Part shown: piece after piece, positions 17,136 to 26,404 of the stretch | How the letters are laid out: each line of letters begins with the position of its first letter | Position numbering within the stretch: the stretch's first letter is position 1 | Notes under the pieces: generated by a model | What the model was told of the DNA's origin: nothing | Seen by the model: the letters and a program-made list of their open reading frames with translations, nothing else | Databases searched by the model: none | Assembly (NCBI GenBank): GCA_001821765.1 | Contig: MHOA01000001.1 | Span: 174,078 to 238,077, forward strand | Length of the DNA stretch: 64,000 nucleotides | Direction: 5' to 3' | From: Candidatus Ryanbacteria bacterium RIFCSPLOWO2_12_FULL_44_26 | Lineage (GTDB): Bacteria > Patescibacteriota > Minisyncoccia > Ryanbacterales > HO2-45-13 | Position numbers and translations under genes: made by a program

Positions 17136-19964
17136 GTGCAAAAAGCTATGCGAATAATAAAAATTAAAAAAAGAAGCGGCAAGATTGAAGATTTTAACCG
17201 CGAGCGCATAGAAAACGCGATTGAAAAGGCTTGTATAGCAACCGCTACAAGCATAGAAAAAGATATGACGATCTCTATTACCGATAATGTCATCGCCCTG
17301 CTTGAAGATACATTTAAAGAGCAAATCCCCGGCGTTGAAAACGTGCAGGACTTGGTTGAAAAATCTCTTGCGGAGCACGGCCTTTTTGAAGTTGCAAAAA
17401 CCTACATCCTTTATCGGGAAAAACGCGCCGATATACGCGAATCAAAAAAACAGGAACTGCTGGATAAGATAGAAAAAAGTGACATCCTAGTAAAAAAACG
17501 GGACGGTACAGTTATAAAGTTTGACATCACGCAAATCGAAATAGCAATAAAGAACTCCTGCAGAGGATATGAACATCTGGTAGACATAGAAAAAATTCTT
17601 GAAGAGGTAAAGTTAAATCTCTATGACGGCATCACAACAAGAGAAATCAACAAAGCCGTCATTATGACAATGCGCGCTCATATAGAAGAAGAACCGGCGT
17701 ACTCATTCGTAACGGCGAGATTTTTATGGAACGATCTTTATAAAGATGTCATCGGGGTGGACGAATTTGATAAAGCGTTCACAACAATCTACAAGGAAAC
17801 GTTCCCTAAAAAAATACGACAAGGAATAAAAGAAGGAAAGTTTGACAAACGACTGCTTCATTTTGATCTCCACTACATTGCAAGCCACTTAGAACCCCAA
17901 AGAGATAAATTATTCGGATATCTCGGAGCACAAACATTGTATGACCGGTACTTTATAAAAACAGCAGATGGCGAAATGCTGGAAACGCCGCAATACTTCT
18001 GGATGAGAATAGCGCTGGGGACCTGTTTAAACGAAGAACAAGATATAGCCGTTGAACATGTTATCGCGTTTTACAATATCATGTCGCAAATGATTTATAC
18101 TCCCTCTACCCCAACTCTTTTTCATGCAGGAACTCCCAAACCGCAGCTCTCGTCGTGTTATCTAAATTCAGTCTCAGATTCACTCGAACATATCTTCAAA
18201 ACATACACAGACAACGCACAGCTCTCCAAGTGGTCTGGAGGAATCGGAACAGACTGGACACAAGTGCGGGCAACCGGAGCGCATATAAAAGGAACGGGCG
18301 TTGAAAGTCAGGGTGTTATTCCATTTTTAAAAATCGCCAATGACGTAACCATTGCAATTAACCGAAGCGGCCGCAGACGCGGAGCCACCGCGGTATATCT
18401 GGAAACATGGCACTACGACATAGAAGATTTTCTCGAGTTGCGTAAAAACACCGGCGACGAGCGCAGAAGAACCCACGATATGAATACGGCAAACTGGATC
18501 CCCGATCTTTTTATGAAAAGAGTAAAGGATGATGGCACATGGACACTGTTTTCTCCGGAGGAAACCCCCCAGCTGCATGATTTATACGGCAAGGATTTTG
18601 AGAAAAAATATACCGAATACGAAGAGAAGACGGCGAAAGGCGACATAAAGATATATAAAACAATAAAGGCGAGAGATTTATGGAAAAAAATGCTTACTAT
18701 GCTTTATGAAACGGGGCATCCATGGATAACATTTAAAGACCCTTCCAACATCCGCTCTCCGCAGGACCATGCGGGTGTGGTACACAACTCAAACCTCTGC
18801 ACTGAAATTACCTTAAACACATCAGAAAACGAGACAGCGGTTTGCAACCTTGGCTCATTGAATTTTGCAAAACTGATCAAGGACGGGAAATTTGAAATAG
18901 ATCTTGTTAAAAAAGTAGTGCCCATAGCGGTAAGAATGCTGGACAATATTATCGACATCAATTACTACCCCACCGAGGACGCACGGCACTCAAACTTGCG
19001 CCACAGACCCATCGGCCTTGGCATCAGAGGATTTCAAGATGCGCTTTATATGCTCGGGATTCATTTTGACTCTGATCAGTGCGTCCGCTTTTCGGACGAA
19101 TCAATGGAAGCGGTTGCATATTACGCATATAAGGCATCGGCTGAACTCGCACGAGAGCGTGGCGCATATGAATCCTTTCAAGGATCAAAATGGGACAGAG
19201 GCATCCTGCCACTCGATACATTGGACCTTTTAGAAAATGAGCGCGGTGAAAAAATCCATGTGTCGCGCTCCAGCACATTTGACTGGGATGGCCTGCGTGA
19301 ATTAATCAAGGAAACCGGAATGAGAAATTCAAACTGCATTGCAATTGCACCAACGGCAACAACAGCAAACATTGTGGGATGCATTCCAACTATTGAGCCC
19401 ATTTATAAAAACTTATACGTGAAATCAAACCAAGCGGGAGAATTTACCATCATCAACCCCTACCTTGTGAAGGATCTGAAAGAATTAAACCTTTGGAATC
19501 AAAGCATGTTAAGTAAAATAAAATATTATGACGGCAGCATCAAAGAAATCAATGAAATTCCCGATACCATTAAAGACAAATATAGAGAAGTATTTGAAAT
19601 TGATCCGCGCTGGCTTATAAAGTCTGCAGCCTATCGCGGCAAATGGATCGATCAGAGCCAATCGCTGAACATCTTTTTCAGCGGAACATCCGGGCGGGAA
19701 CTCAGCAACATTTATATGTATGCGTGGGAGATGGGGCTTAAAACAACCTATTACCTAAGAACCCTTGGCGCCTCGCAGGTTGAAAAATCCACCATTGATG
19801 CGCGTGAATACGGCGTTACACACTTACGAAAGCAAGGTATGATAGAAACGACAACGATTACCGCAACAATAGAAAGACCAAAAGAAGTAAAAACAGTGTC
19901 AGCTGTAAAAGAACACATATTAAATGAAACAGATAACACTGACTGTGAAGTTTGCCAAGCGTAA
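17136..19964 (+). CDS. nrdA: ribonucleoside-diphosphate reductase alpha subunit, class I (with ATP-cone)
   Basis: 942 aa. N-terminal ATP cone ('RIIKIKKRSGKIEDFNRERIENAI'), catalytic 'NLCTEI', and C-terminal Cys pair 'CEVCQA'. Confidence 0.9.
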   Translation: MQKAMRIIKIKKRSGKIEDFNRERIENAIEKACIATATSIEKDMTISITDNVIALLEDTFKEQIPGVENVQDLVEKSLAEHGLFEVAKTYILYREKRADIRESKKQELLDKIEKSDILVKKRDGTVIKFDITQIEIAIKNSCRGYEHLVDIEKILEEVKLNLYDGITTREINKAVIMTMRAHIEEEPAYSFVTARFLWNDLYKDVIGVDEFDKAFTTIYKETFPKKIRQGIKEGKFDKRLLHFDLHYIASHLEPQRDKLFGYLGAQTLYDRYFIKTADGEMLETPQYFWMRIALGTCLNEEQDIAVEHVIAFYNIMSQMIYTPSTPTLFHAGTPKPQLSSCYLNSVSDSLEHIFKTYTDNAQLSKWSGGIGTDWTQVRATGAHIKGTGVESQGVIPFLKIANDVTIAINRSGRRRGATAVYLETWHYDIEDFLELRKNTGDERRRTHDMNTANWIPDLFMKRVKDDGTWTLFSPEETPQLHDLYGKDFEKKYTEYEEKTAKGDIKIYKTIKARDLWKKMLTMLYETGHPWITFKDPSNIRSPQDHAGVVHNSNLCTEITLNTSENETAVCNLGSLNFAKLIKDGKFEIDLVKKVVPIAVRMLDNIIDINYYPTEDARHSNLRHRPIGLGIRGFQDALYMLGIHFDSDQCVRFSDESMEAVAYYAYKASAELARERGAYESFQGSKWDRGILPLDTLDLLENERGEKIHVSRSSTFDWDGLRELIKETGMRNSNCIAIAPTATTANIVGCIPTIEPIYKNLYVKSNQAGEFTIINPYLVKDLKELNLWNQSMLSKIKYYDGSIKEINEIPDTIKDKYREVFEIDPRWLIKSAAYRGKWIDQSQSLNIFFSGTSGRELSNIYMYAWEMGLKTTYYLRTLGASQVEKSTIDAREYGVTHLRKQGMIETTTITATIERPKEVKTVSAVKEHILNETDNTDCEVCQA

Positions 19965-20150
19965 TGCGGAAACGATGATCCCGGCCACTTTTTTGTAAAA
20001 AAACATGAACATTACAACAACAGGAAAAATAACAATAGCGGCGCGGGGAGCTTTTTCCATTGAGGAATGCGCTATTCGCGCACGCGCCTCGCGAGGTGTT
20101 GCGCGGCAAAAAAGCAGCGGAGTGCTCACTGTTGTTTTTAAACATTACTC

Positions 20151-21218
20151 TTGGACTTTCATTTTTTAAAGAACAGCGGCATGCCTATTAAAAAAACAAC
20201 CGAAAAAGTGGATATCAACAAGCGCCGTATCATCAACGGGGAGGACGCGGATGTTATACAACTGTACCCGATGAAACACGTTTTTGCGTGGGACGCGTAT
20301 AATGCCGCGAACGCAAATCATTGGCTCCCAACGGAAATCGGAATGCAAAAAGACGTTGAGCAATGGAAAGCAAAGGACGTCCTAAGCGACGACGAAAGAC
20401 ATGCATTAAAAACCGTTCTGGGGTTTTTCACTACCGCAGATTCCATTGCGGCCAACAACGTTGTGATGGCATTCTACCGCCATATTACTTCCCCAGAGTG
20501 CCGACTGTATCTTCTGCGCCAAGCGTACGAGGAAGCTATACATACACACTCCTACCAATATATTGTCGAAAGTTTAAGACTTGATGAAAGTGAAATTTTT
20601 AACATGTACCGCGAAGTGGACAGCATTTATAATAAAGACGCGTTTGTTCTTTCCTTTAACGAGGGAATTTTTGATCCTCTTTTCAAAACGGGGACGTTTG
20701 AAAACGACCAAAAATTTTTAGAAAACATCATAGTATTCTCGCTGATCATGGAAGGGATTTTCTTTTATAGCTCCTTTGCTGTGATGTTTGGTTTCCAGCG
20801 CCAAAATAAAATGGTTGGCGCCGCAGAACAAATACAATATATTATGCGAGATGAATCAATGCATCTGAATTTCGGCATTGATTTGATCAATACGATAAAA
20901 CAAGAACAACCGGAGCTTTGGACAAAAACATTTCAAGAGCGCGCAATTGAACTGGTAAAAAAAGCTGCGCAGCTTGAATATCGGTTTGCTCAAACAGCCT
21001 TCCCAACAGGTATCTTCGGCATGAATGCCGAAAGCTTTAGACAATATATTGAACACATCGCCGACAGGCGCCTTACAAGAATAGGTCTTCCGCCACAATT
21101 TAACAGCAACAACCCTTTTCCGTGGATGTCGGAAGCAATCGATTTAAGCAAAGAAAAGAATTTCTTCGAAACGCGGGTTACTGAATACAAAACCGGCGGG
21201 GTGCTCGACTGGAACTAA
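20151..21218 (+). CDS. nrdB: ribonucleotide reductase beta subunit (ferritin-like di-iron)
   Basis: 355 aa with iron ligand motifs 'EEAIHTHSY' and 'EGIFFYSSFA'. An alternative start is ATG 20181. Confidence 0.9.
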   Translation: MDFHFLKNSGMPIKKTTEKVDINKRRIINGEDADVIQLYPMKHVFAWDAYNAANANHWLPTEIGMQKDVEQWKAKDVLSDDERHALKTVLGFFTTADSIAANNVVMAFYRHITSPECRLYLLRQAYEEAIHTHSYQYIVESLRLDESEIFNMYREVDSIYNKDAFVLSFNEGIFDPLFKTGTFENDQKFLENIIVFSLIMEGIFFYSSFAVMFGFQRQNKMVGAAEQIQYIMRDESMHLNFGIDLINTIKQEQPELWTKTFQERAIELVKKAAQLEYRFAQTAFPTGIFGMNAESFRQYIEHIADRRLTRIGLPPQFNSNNPFPWMSEAIDLSKEKNFFETRVTEYKTGGVLDWN

Positions 21219-21319
21219 AAACCGCTCACATTATTTTATGTGGGAACCTTTTTATAGAGAGGTTTTTGTGGTTAATTTTTATTATCCACAATTACGGACG
21301 TTGATACTAAGGTTCTGCT

Positions 21320-21517
21320 ATGAGAAACTTAGACGATCTTGGCGTTACAGACAAACTCATATTTCTCCTTGATTCTGATGACGTATTTTATAAATCTATT
21401 GGCAGTTTTTCCATGCCGGAAACGCTTTTTATCAATGCAAAAGGAGAAACGGTTTTCCACAAACGCGGCCCAATGGAATTGCCTGAAATACGGCAACACA
21501 TTCAAAGCATACAATGA
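21320..21517 (+). pseudogene. thioredoxin-fold (TlpA/ResA-like) C-terminal fragment
   Basis: The 65-aa ORF resembles only the C-terminal beta-alpha end of redoxin proteins ('PETLFINAKGETVFHKRGPME'). No CxxC-bearing N-terminal part is found in any frame upstream. It directly precedes a phosphatase and ccdA. Confidence 0.3.
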
Positions 21518-21520
21518 AGC

Positions 21521-21973
21521 ATGATGACAAATCATTCACCTACAACAATACTTGAGTATAACTATATTGACGAAGGAATATATATTGACACAAACCAGTG
21601 CTGTAAAGCACATATGGACGAAATGCTGTTAAAAAAAGGAATAACAGCTGATATCTCACTGGAAACAGTGAGACTTGACCAGCCGTTCGGTGTAACCTTT
21701 TATGTCTGGATTCCTGTTGAGAATCACACTGCACCAACGCATGATCAGCTTGATTTTGGGGTATCAGTGCTTGAAAAGCTTGTCCAAATGAAAAGAAAAG
21801 TATACGTGCATTGCCAAAATGGTCATGGCAGGGCTCCAACACTGGTAGCGGCGTATTTTACCACAAAAGGCATGACGCCTGACAAGGCCGAAGCATTCAT
21901 AAAATCAAAACGTCCCTCCATCCATTTAGAAAATGTCCAACGAAAAGCCCTTAAGGAATTTGCTAAAAGCTGA
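21521..21973 (+). CDS. dual-specificity/protein-tyrosine phosphatase-like protein (CX5R)
   Basis: 150 aa with the P-loop 'VHCQNGHGRAPT', a CX5R signature. Confidence 0.65.
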   Translation: MMTNHSPTTILEYNYIDEGIYIDTNQCCKAHMDEMLLKKGITADISLETVRLDQPFGVTFYVWIPVENHTAPTHDQLDFGVSVLEKLVQMKRKVYVHCQNGHGRAPTLVAAYFTTKGMTPDKAEAFIKSKRPSIHLENVQRKALKEFAKS

Positions 21974-21976
21974 CGT

Positions 21977-22738
21977 ATGGAGTTTGCTATTGCCGCATTC
22001 ATTGCCGGACTGTTCACATTTCTTGCCCCTTGTACCCTTCCGCTGGTACCGGGATACCTGGGATTTATCAGCGGAACGTCCGTTGAAGACCTTAAAAACC
22101 CTCTCAAAGCGAAACGTGCGAGGTGGAATATTCTCATCAATGGCCTGTTTTTTATCACGGGCTTTAGCGTTGTATTTATCATATTCGGCACACTTGCAGG
22201 CTTTTTTGGCGCTGCACTTGTAAGTTACAGACTTTGGCTTACGCGAATAGGAGGTATTTTTGTTATTATCTTCGGGCTTTTTATGTTGAATGTTATAAAA
22301 ATACCCTTCCTTGCCAAGGAAAGGCATGTAAGAGTGCCTTCCATTTTTAAACGCGGAAAGCCGCACAATTCTTTCATATTAGGCTCCACGTTTGGATTCG
22401 GATGGACACCGTGTGTGGGCCCGGTTCTCGGCTCCATCCTTGCTCTTGCCGCATCATCTGCTACTGTAGCGAAAGGAGCTTTTCTACTCTCCGTATTTTC
22501 ATTGGGGCTGGCGGTTCCGTTTCTTATCATTGCCGTCGGATACGGTTCTGCCGCGCAAAGGATTGAAAATATAACAAGATATCTTAAACCCATATCCGTT
22601 GTTGGAGGAATTTTTCTTATTTTAATCGGCTTACTGCTTCTCACAGACCGGTTTGTGCTTCTTATCTCATACGGTTTTGGAGTTCTGCGGTTCTTGGGTT
22701 TAGGTATGCTGGAAGAAACGCTTTTTCAGTTCCTCTAA
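21977..22738 (+). CDS. ccdA: cytochrome c-type biogenesis/thiol-disulfide transporter CcdA (DsbD-family)
   Basis: 253 aa, 6-8 TM helices, and the conserved Cys in 'FLAPCTLPLVPGYL' plus 'GWTPCVGPVLG'. Confidence 0.75.
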   Translation: MEFAIAAFIAGLFTFLAPCTLPLVPGYLGFISGTSVEDLKNPLKAKRARWNILINGLFFITGFSVVFIIFGTLAGFFGAALVSYRLWLTRIGGIFVIIFGLFMLNVIKIPFLAKERHVRVPSIFKRGKPHNSFILGSTFGFGWTPCVGPVLGSILALAASSATVAKGAFLLSVFSLGLAVPFLIIAVGYGSAAQRIENITRYLKPISVVGGIFLILIGLLLLTDRFVLLISYGFGVLRFLGLGMLEETLFQFL

Positions 22739-22820
22739 CATCAATAGCGTCTAAGGCACGAAAAACGTTTTAAAGACAAAGAATGTGGTTAAAAAGAAAT
22801 CAGCAGATTTGCTTTAGCAT

Positions 22821-23312
22821 TTATCTGCGAACAGCTGTTTCAGAACGCGATTTAAAATAGGTATAAAGTCGAAGGACATTTCCAATGGTTGGAGACTGCG
22901 GATACGGAAGAGCATTTTTAAGGAACCAACGCGCTTCTAATATTTCAACGCCGTGAGGACTAAGCGCCGCGGTGTCTACTTTTCCGTAAAAACAAAAAAC
23001 CGAATCTTTTAAAAAATGTCTTCCGGTATCGTAAATGCCCAAATAAACAAGAGGATCTGCCGTTAAACCAACAACTTCGCGCAGTTCCCTTTTGGCGGCG
23101 TCCACTGGAGACTCTTCAAAAGGAGTCTGAATCCTAATGCGCCCGCCGGGCAAAGTCCAGTAACGCCTCCAGTATCTGCTCCTTACCAGCAACAATTTGC
23201 CGTCATACTCTATAAGGCACTTTACGCTTTGCGTGCGGGGTCGGAAAACAAACCAATACAGTAAGCGTAAGGGATAGGCAATATTGAAAAACGTTTGCTC
23301 AAGAAAAGCCAT
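22821..23312 (-). CDS. NUDIX hydrolase
   Basis: Nudix box 'GGRIRIQTPFEESPVDAAKRELREVVGL' (GX5EX7REUXEEXGU pattern). Confidence 0.7.
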   Translation of the reverse strand: MAFLEQTFFNIAYPLRLLYWFVFRPRTQSVKCLIEYDGKLLLVRSRYWRRYWTLPGGRIRIQTPFEESPVDAAKRELREVVGLTADPLVYLGIYDTGRHFLKDSVFCFYGKVDTAALSPHGVEILEARWFLKNALPYPQSPTIGNVLRLYTYFKSRSETAVRR

Positions 23313-23521
23313 ATTGCCGTTTTTAGCCCTGTTTTAAGTCTACCACAGAAGCAAAAAAATACATAAAGCATTCATATGGCATCTCCTTCGGCATGAAACC
23401 CTTTATGCTGGCGGGGGTTTTCATAAAACCTTACAACTAAAATCCCTGACTTTAAAAGAAAAGCAGCAACGACAGAATCGTACTACCCAGCCGCAAAACG
23501 TAATATTCTTATTTGTTTATT

Positions 23522-24013
23522 TTACTGCATTGGCAAATCACCTGCTTTTGATTGCTTTGGTGGCAACCATCCGCCAATTGATGTTGGTATGCCGCGCAAA
23601 AGCAAAAGAGCAAGCGGCGCCCCCCAATTAGCCCATCTTTCCACAAATTCAAAAATTGAATCGCCGGCAATCGGACGCATAAGAGCAGTCCAAAAACCCC
23701 AGAAGGCCATCCAAAGAAGCGCAAGGCGGACAGGCTTCATCAGAATCAACACAGCCAAAAGGACGTCTATCAAACCAACCAGCCACAAAAACGTAGTCGC
23801 TGTTCCGACATCAGAAATGCCGAAAATAGAAAACCATTCCACCCACGCTTTTCTCCCCTGAAGCGCGAATACGCCGTGTCCGACGAACTCTCCGGCCACA
23901 GAGATACGCAAGACCCATTCTACTTTTCTTACATTATTCATTGTCAAAAACAAAAAATAAACTAATAATAAATAAAGCTTCGACCACACTTTATTATAAG
24001 TAACCCGGAACAT
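23522..24013 (-). CDS. DoxX-like small membrane protein (paralog A)
   Basis: 163 aa. The probable true start is the internal Met 25 ('MNNVRKVEWVLRISVAGEFVGHGVFALQG...'), which aligns with paralog B's N-terminus. Four hydrophobic segments. About 100 residues are near-identical to the 26004..26384 product. Confidence 0.55.
   Translation of the reverse strand: MFRVTYNKVWSKLYLLLVYFLFLTMNNVRKVEWVLRISVAGEFVGHGVFALQGRKAWVEWFSIFGISDVGTATTFLWLVGLIDVLLAVLILMKPVRLALLWMAFWGFWTALMRPIAGDSIFEFVERWANWGAPLALLLLRGIPTSIGGWLPPKQSKAGDLPMQ
23620..23925. repeat. direct repeat copy 1 (~305 bp, 2-3 mismatches to copy at ~26053..26360)
   Basis: The nucleotide runs 'gcaagcggcgccccccaattagcccatctttccacaaattc...acgcaagaccca' are identical apart from ggccatcc/ggtcatcc and cacgctttt/cacgttttt. 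Confidence 0.8.
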
Positions 24014-24128
24014 ATAATAAAGAAAGTGACGAACATGATATAAAAAGCGCCTGCTTGCAAAGGTTGTTCACGCGCCTCCCTTGCAGAAATCAGAGCGGCA
24101 TGTATAGAATGAAACTACGCGTTTATAG

Positions 24129-25196
24129 TTGGTTATCTTTAAAAAATTAATACATTATTTACCATATATGGCTTATCTTATATTTTCCTTACTGGCGTTT
24201 TTTGTTTTAGCGCACCCGGCGCATGCGCTCGTGGCAGAGCTTAAAATCGTCGATGCTGAAGGCAACGAAAAGAAAAATTTCTCCAAAGATGAAGATGTAT
24301 ACCTGGCCGGAAAGTGTGCGCTTGCGAACGGAAATGAAGTAAAAATATTCATCTCTCGCGATAAAAGTGAATGGACTTCTGATCAAAACCTCAGTGACGT
24401 TTCCGGCGAGATTGAAACGGTAAAAATAAAAGACACAGACCTCCCCATTATTCCTATATGGAAACACCCGCTCAATAACGGATCATATGATGTCATTATA
24501 GACTCAAACGGCAATTTTAAACTTGATTCTTTTGAAAATTGCATTGCTCATGTTGCAACAGCGGGCTTTACCGTTGAATCTCAAGTTGTTTCGCCGTCAA
24601 CCAATCCTCAACCCCAATCAACTCCTTCTCCAGTGTATGTTCCGCCGCTGCCACCTCCTCCGCCCGCGCAAATAACTGTGCAACAGTCCGAACCGCCAAA
24701 ACCGTCAACGATCTTTTCATTGGAAGAGCGAATTGAGGTAAAAAGCCTTTCTAACGTTCGCGCTTCTGCCGGAGGAAGTCTGGTTGGCCAACAACCAGCA
24801 GGCGTTGAAGGAGTTATTGTTGGAGGTCCTGTATACGCAACACTTTTAGGCATCGGGTATTGGTTTTGGAATATTGACTACGACATCGATCCCGATGGCT
24901 GGACAGCAGAAAAAACCTTAAAAATTGCAGAAGTTCCTCCTCCTGAACCAGAATCGGAACCAACACCTCCTCTGCCAACAGAATCAACAGAAGTATTAGA
25001 ACCTCCAGCACAACAAGACGTCGCCCCGTCTATTCAGGATTCAGGCAAAGAAAGTGAACTTGCAGCGGTGTCCGAAAACTCCCCGGTAAATAATATTGAT
25101 GTGCTCGGCGGAATCTGGGGAGCAGGCATTATAGGGCTTGCAATTGTCTTAAGCGCGTGGATTTTAGGAAGAGCCGTGCGAAAACGGGGAGATTAA
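24129..25196 (+). CDS. secreted/cell-surface protein with Pro-rich linkers and C-terminal TM anchor
   Basis: 355 aa. Signal-peptide-like N-terminus ('...LAFFVLAHPAHALVAE'), Pro-rich tracts 'PVYVPPLPPPPPAQ' and 'PPPEPESEPTPPLP', and a C-terminal hydrophobic anchor followed by 'RAVRKRGD'. Confidence 0.5.
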   Translation: MVIFKKLIHYLPYMAYLIFSLLAFFVLAHPAHALVAELKIVDAEGNEKKNFSKDEDVYLAGKCALANGNEVKIFISRDKSEWTSDQNLSDVSGEIETVKIKDTDLPIIPIWKHPLNNGSYDVIIDSNGNFKLDSFENCIAHVATAGFTVESQVVSPSTNPQPQSTPSPVYVPPLPPPPPAQITVQQSEPPKPSTIFSLEERIEVKSLSNVRASAGGSLVGQQPAGVEGVIVGGPVYATLLGIGYWFWNIDYDIDPDGWTAEKTLKIAEVPPPEPESEPTPPLPTESTEVLEPPAQQDVAPSIQDSGKESELAAVSENSPVNNIDVLGGIWGAGIIGLAIVLSAWILGRAVRKRGD

Positions 25197-25543
25197 AAAC
25201 AAAGCATCCAGCCGCCAAATACCGCGGTCTCTTTTTCTTCTGCCATACCCTGACTATATCACTTTTTCCTATGCCGAAAACAATAGCCACTTCCCTGTAC
25301 TGCCACAACTCTGCACTTCTTTCCTTTAGTGTTTATTGCTTTACAGATTTTTTTCTTCATAGATTCATTTTTTATTCTCTTTATGAGTGTTTAAGGTGCG
25401 GATTCCGCTCCTTAAATTTATTATATCTTAACGCATACGCTGTTTGACAACTTCTCATCAGACTATCTGTATGTTCTAGAAACCGATGTTGGTGAGCCGG
25501 AACTGGACTTCGCTTCCATTGGACTTGCTCCTTTCTAGTATTT

Positions 25544-25897
25544 CTACCGGTTGGTTGGGCGGATCGAGAGTTGTAAAACAACATCAAAGTTATCGTCCTT
25601 CGCCATTTTGTTCCGCTTCTCAAAGCTGCACGAGACACAACGATGGAGAATGGTGTATTCTCCGCCATTGAACTCCACGCCCACGGGATCCATCGATCCT
25701 TGACACTGCGCCTTACGGTCGCCGGGATTCATGTCAACGTGTTTGCTCCGCAGACACTGCGGACAGTGATTCGTGTAACCGCTTCCGCGCACAAAGAAAC
25801 CGCACCATTTGCAGATGAAATCTTCCTTGGTACGCTGAAATTTTTTTGAAGTCATCATAGTTTTTACCTCCGTTTTTTGTATGCCGACTAAAACCAA
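25544..25897 (-). CDS. RNHCP-domain zinc-ribbon protein
   Basis: 117 aa. 'CKWCGFFVRGSGYTNHCPQCLRSKHVD....C..C' contains the literal RNHCP motif with four Cys pairs. Confidence 0.55.
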   Translation of the reverse strand: MVLVGIQKTEVKTMMTSKKFQRTKEDFICKWCGFFVRGSGYTNHCPQCLRSKHVDMNPGDRKAQCQGSMDPVGVEFNGGEYTILHRCVSCSFEKRNKMAKDDNFDVVLQLSIRPTNR

Positions 25898-26003
25898 AAA
25901 CGAAAAACTTTTTCCTAAAACATCTTGATTTGAATTATGGTGTCTTTTTAAAAAAAGTCAGAACCCATTTTTTTGATATTTACAGCTGCCGTAAAATTAT
26001 ATA

Positions 26004-26384
26004 TCACCGTAACCAATCACGCCAATGCTTCGGCCATCCGATAAATAAAAGCAATGCAAGCGGCGCCCCCCAATTAGCCCATCTTTCCACAAATTCAAAA
26101 ATTGAATCGCCGGCAATCGGACGCATAAGAGCAGTCCAAAAACCCCAGAAGGTCATCCAAAGAAGCGCAAGGCGGACAGGCTTCATCAGAATCAACACAG
26201 CCAAAAGGACGTCTATCAAACCAACCAGCCACAAAAACGTAGTCGCTGTTCCGACATCAGAAATGCCGAAAATAGAAAACCATTCCACCCACGTTTTTCT
26301 CCCCTGAAGCGCGAATACGCCGTGTCCGACGAACTCTCCGGCCACAGAGATACGCAAGACCCACTCAATAAGTTTTGTGTTCAT
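26004..26384 (-). CDS. DoxX-like small membrane protein (paralog B)
   Basis: 126 aa, near-identical core to paralog A. Confidence 0.55.
   Translation of the reverse strand: MNTKLIEWVLRISVAGEFVGHGVFALQGRKTWVEWFSIFGISDVGTATTFLWLVGLIDVLLAVLILMKPVRLALLWMTFWGFWTALMRPIAGDSIFEFVERWANWGAPLALLLFIGWPKHWRDWLR
26053..26360. repeat. direct repeat copy 2
   Basis: See copy 1. Confidence 0.8.
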
Positions 26385-26404
26385 ATTAAATATTTTTTAG
26401 TTAT

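Noticed and set aside
4339-25495. 15-nt identity (ttggtgagccggaac) between the recombinase gene and the intergenic region at ~25.48 kb
   Set aside because: The match is short enough to occur by chance in 64 kb on two strands, and there is no extended similarity around it.
23589-26307. Track ORFs 23589..23861(+) and 25930..26307(+) with near-identical translations
   Set aside because: They are antisense shadows of the duplicated DoxX-like genes.
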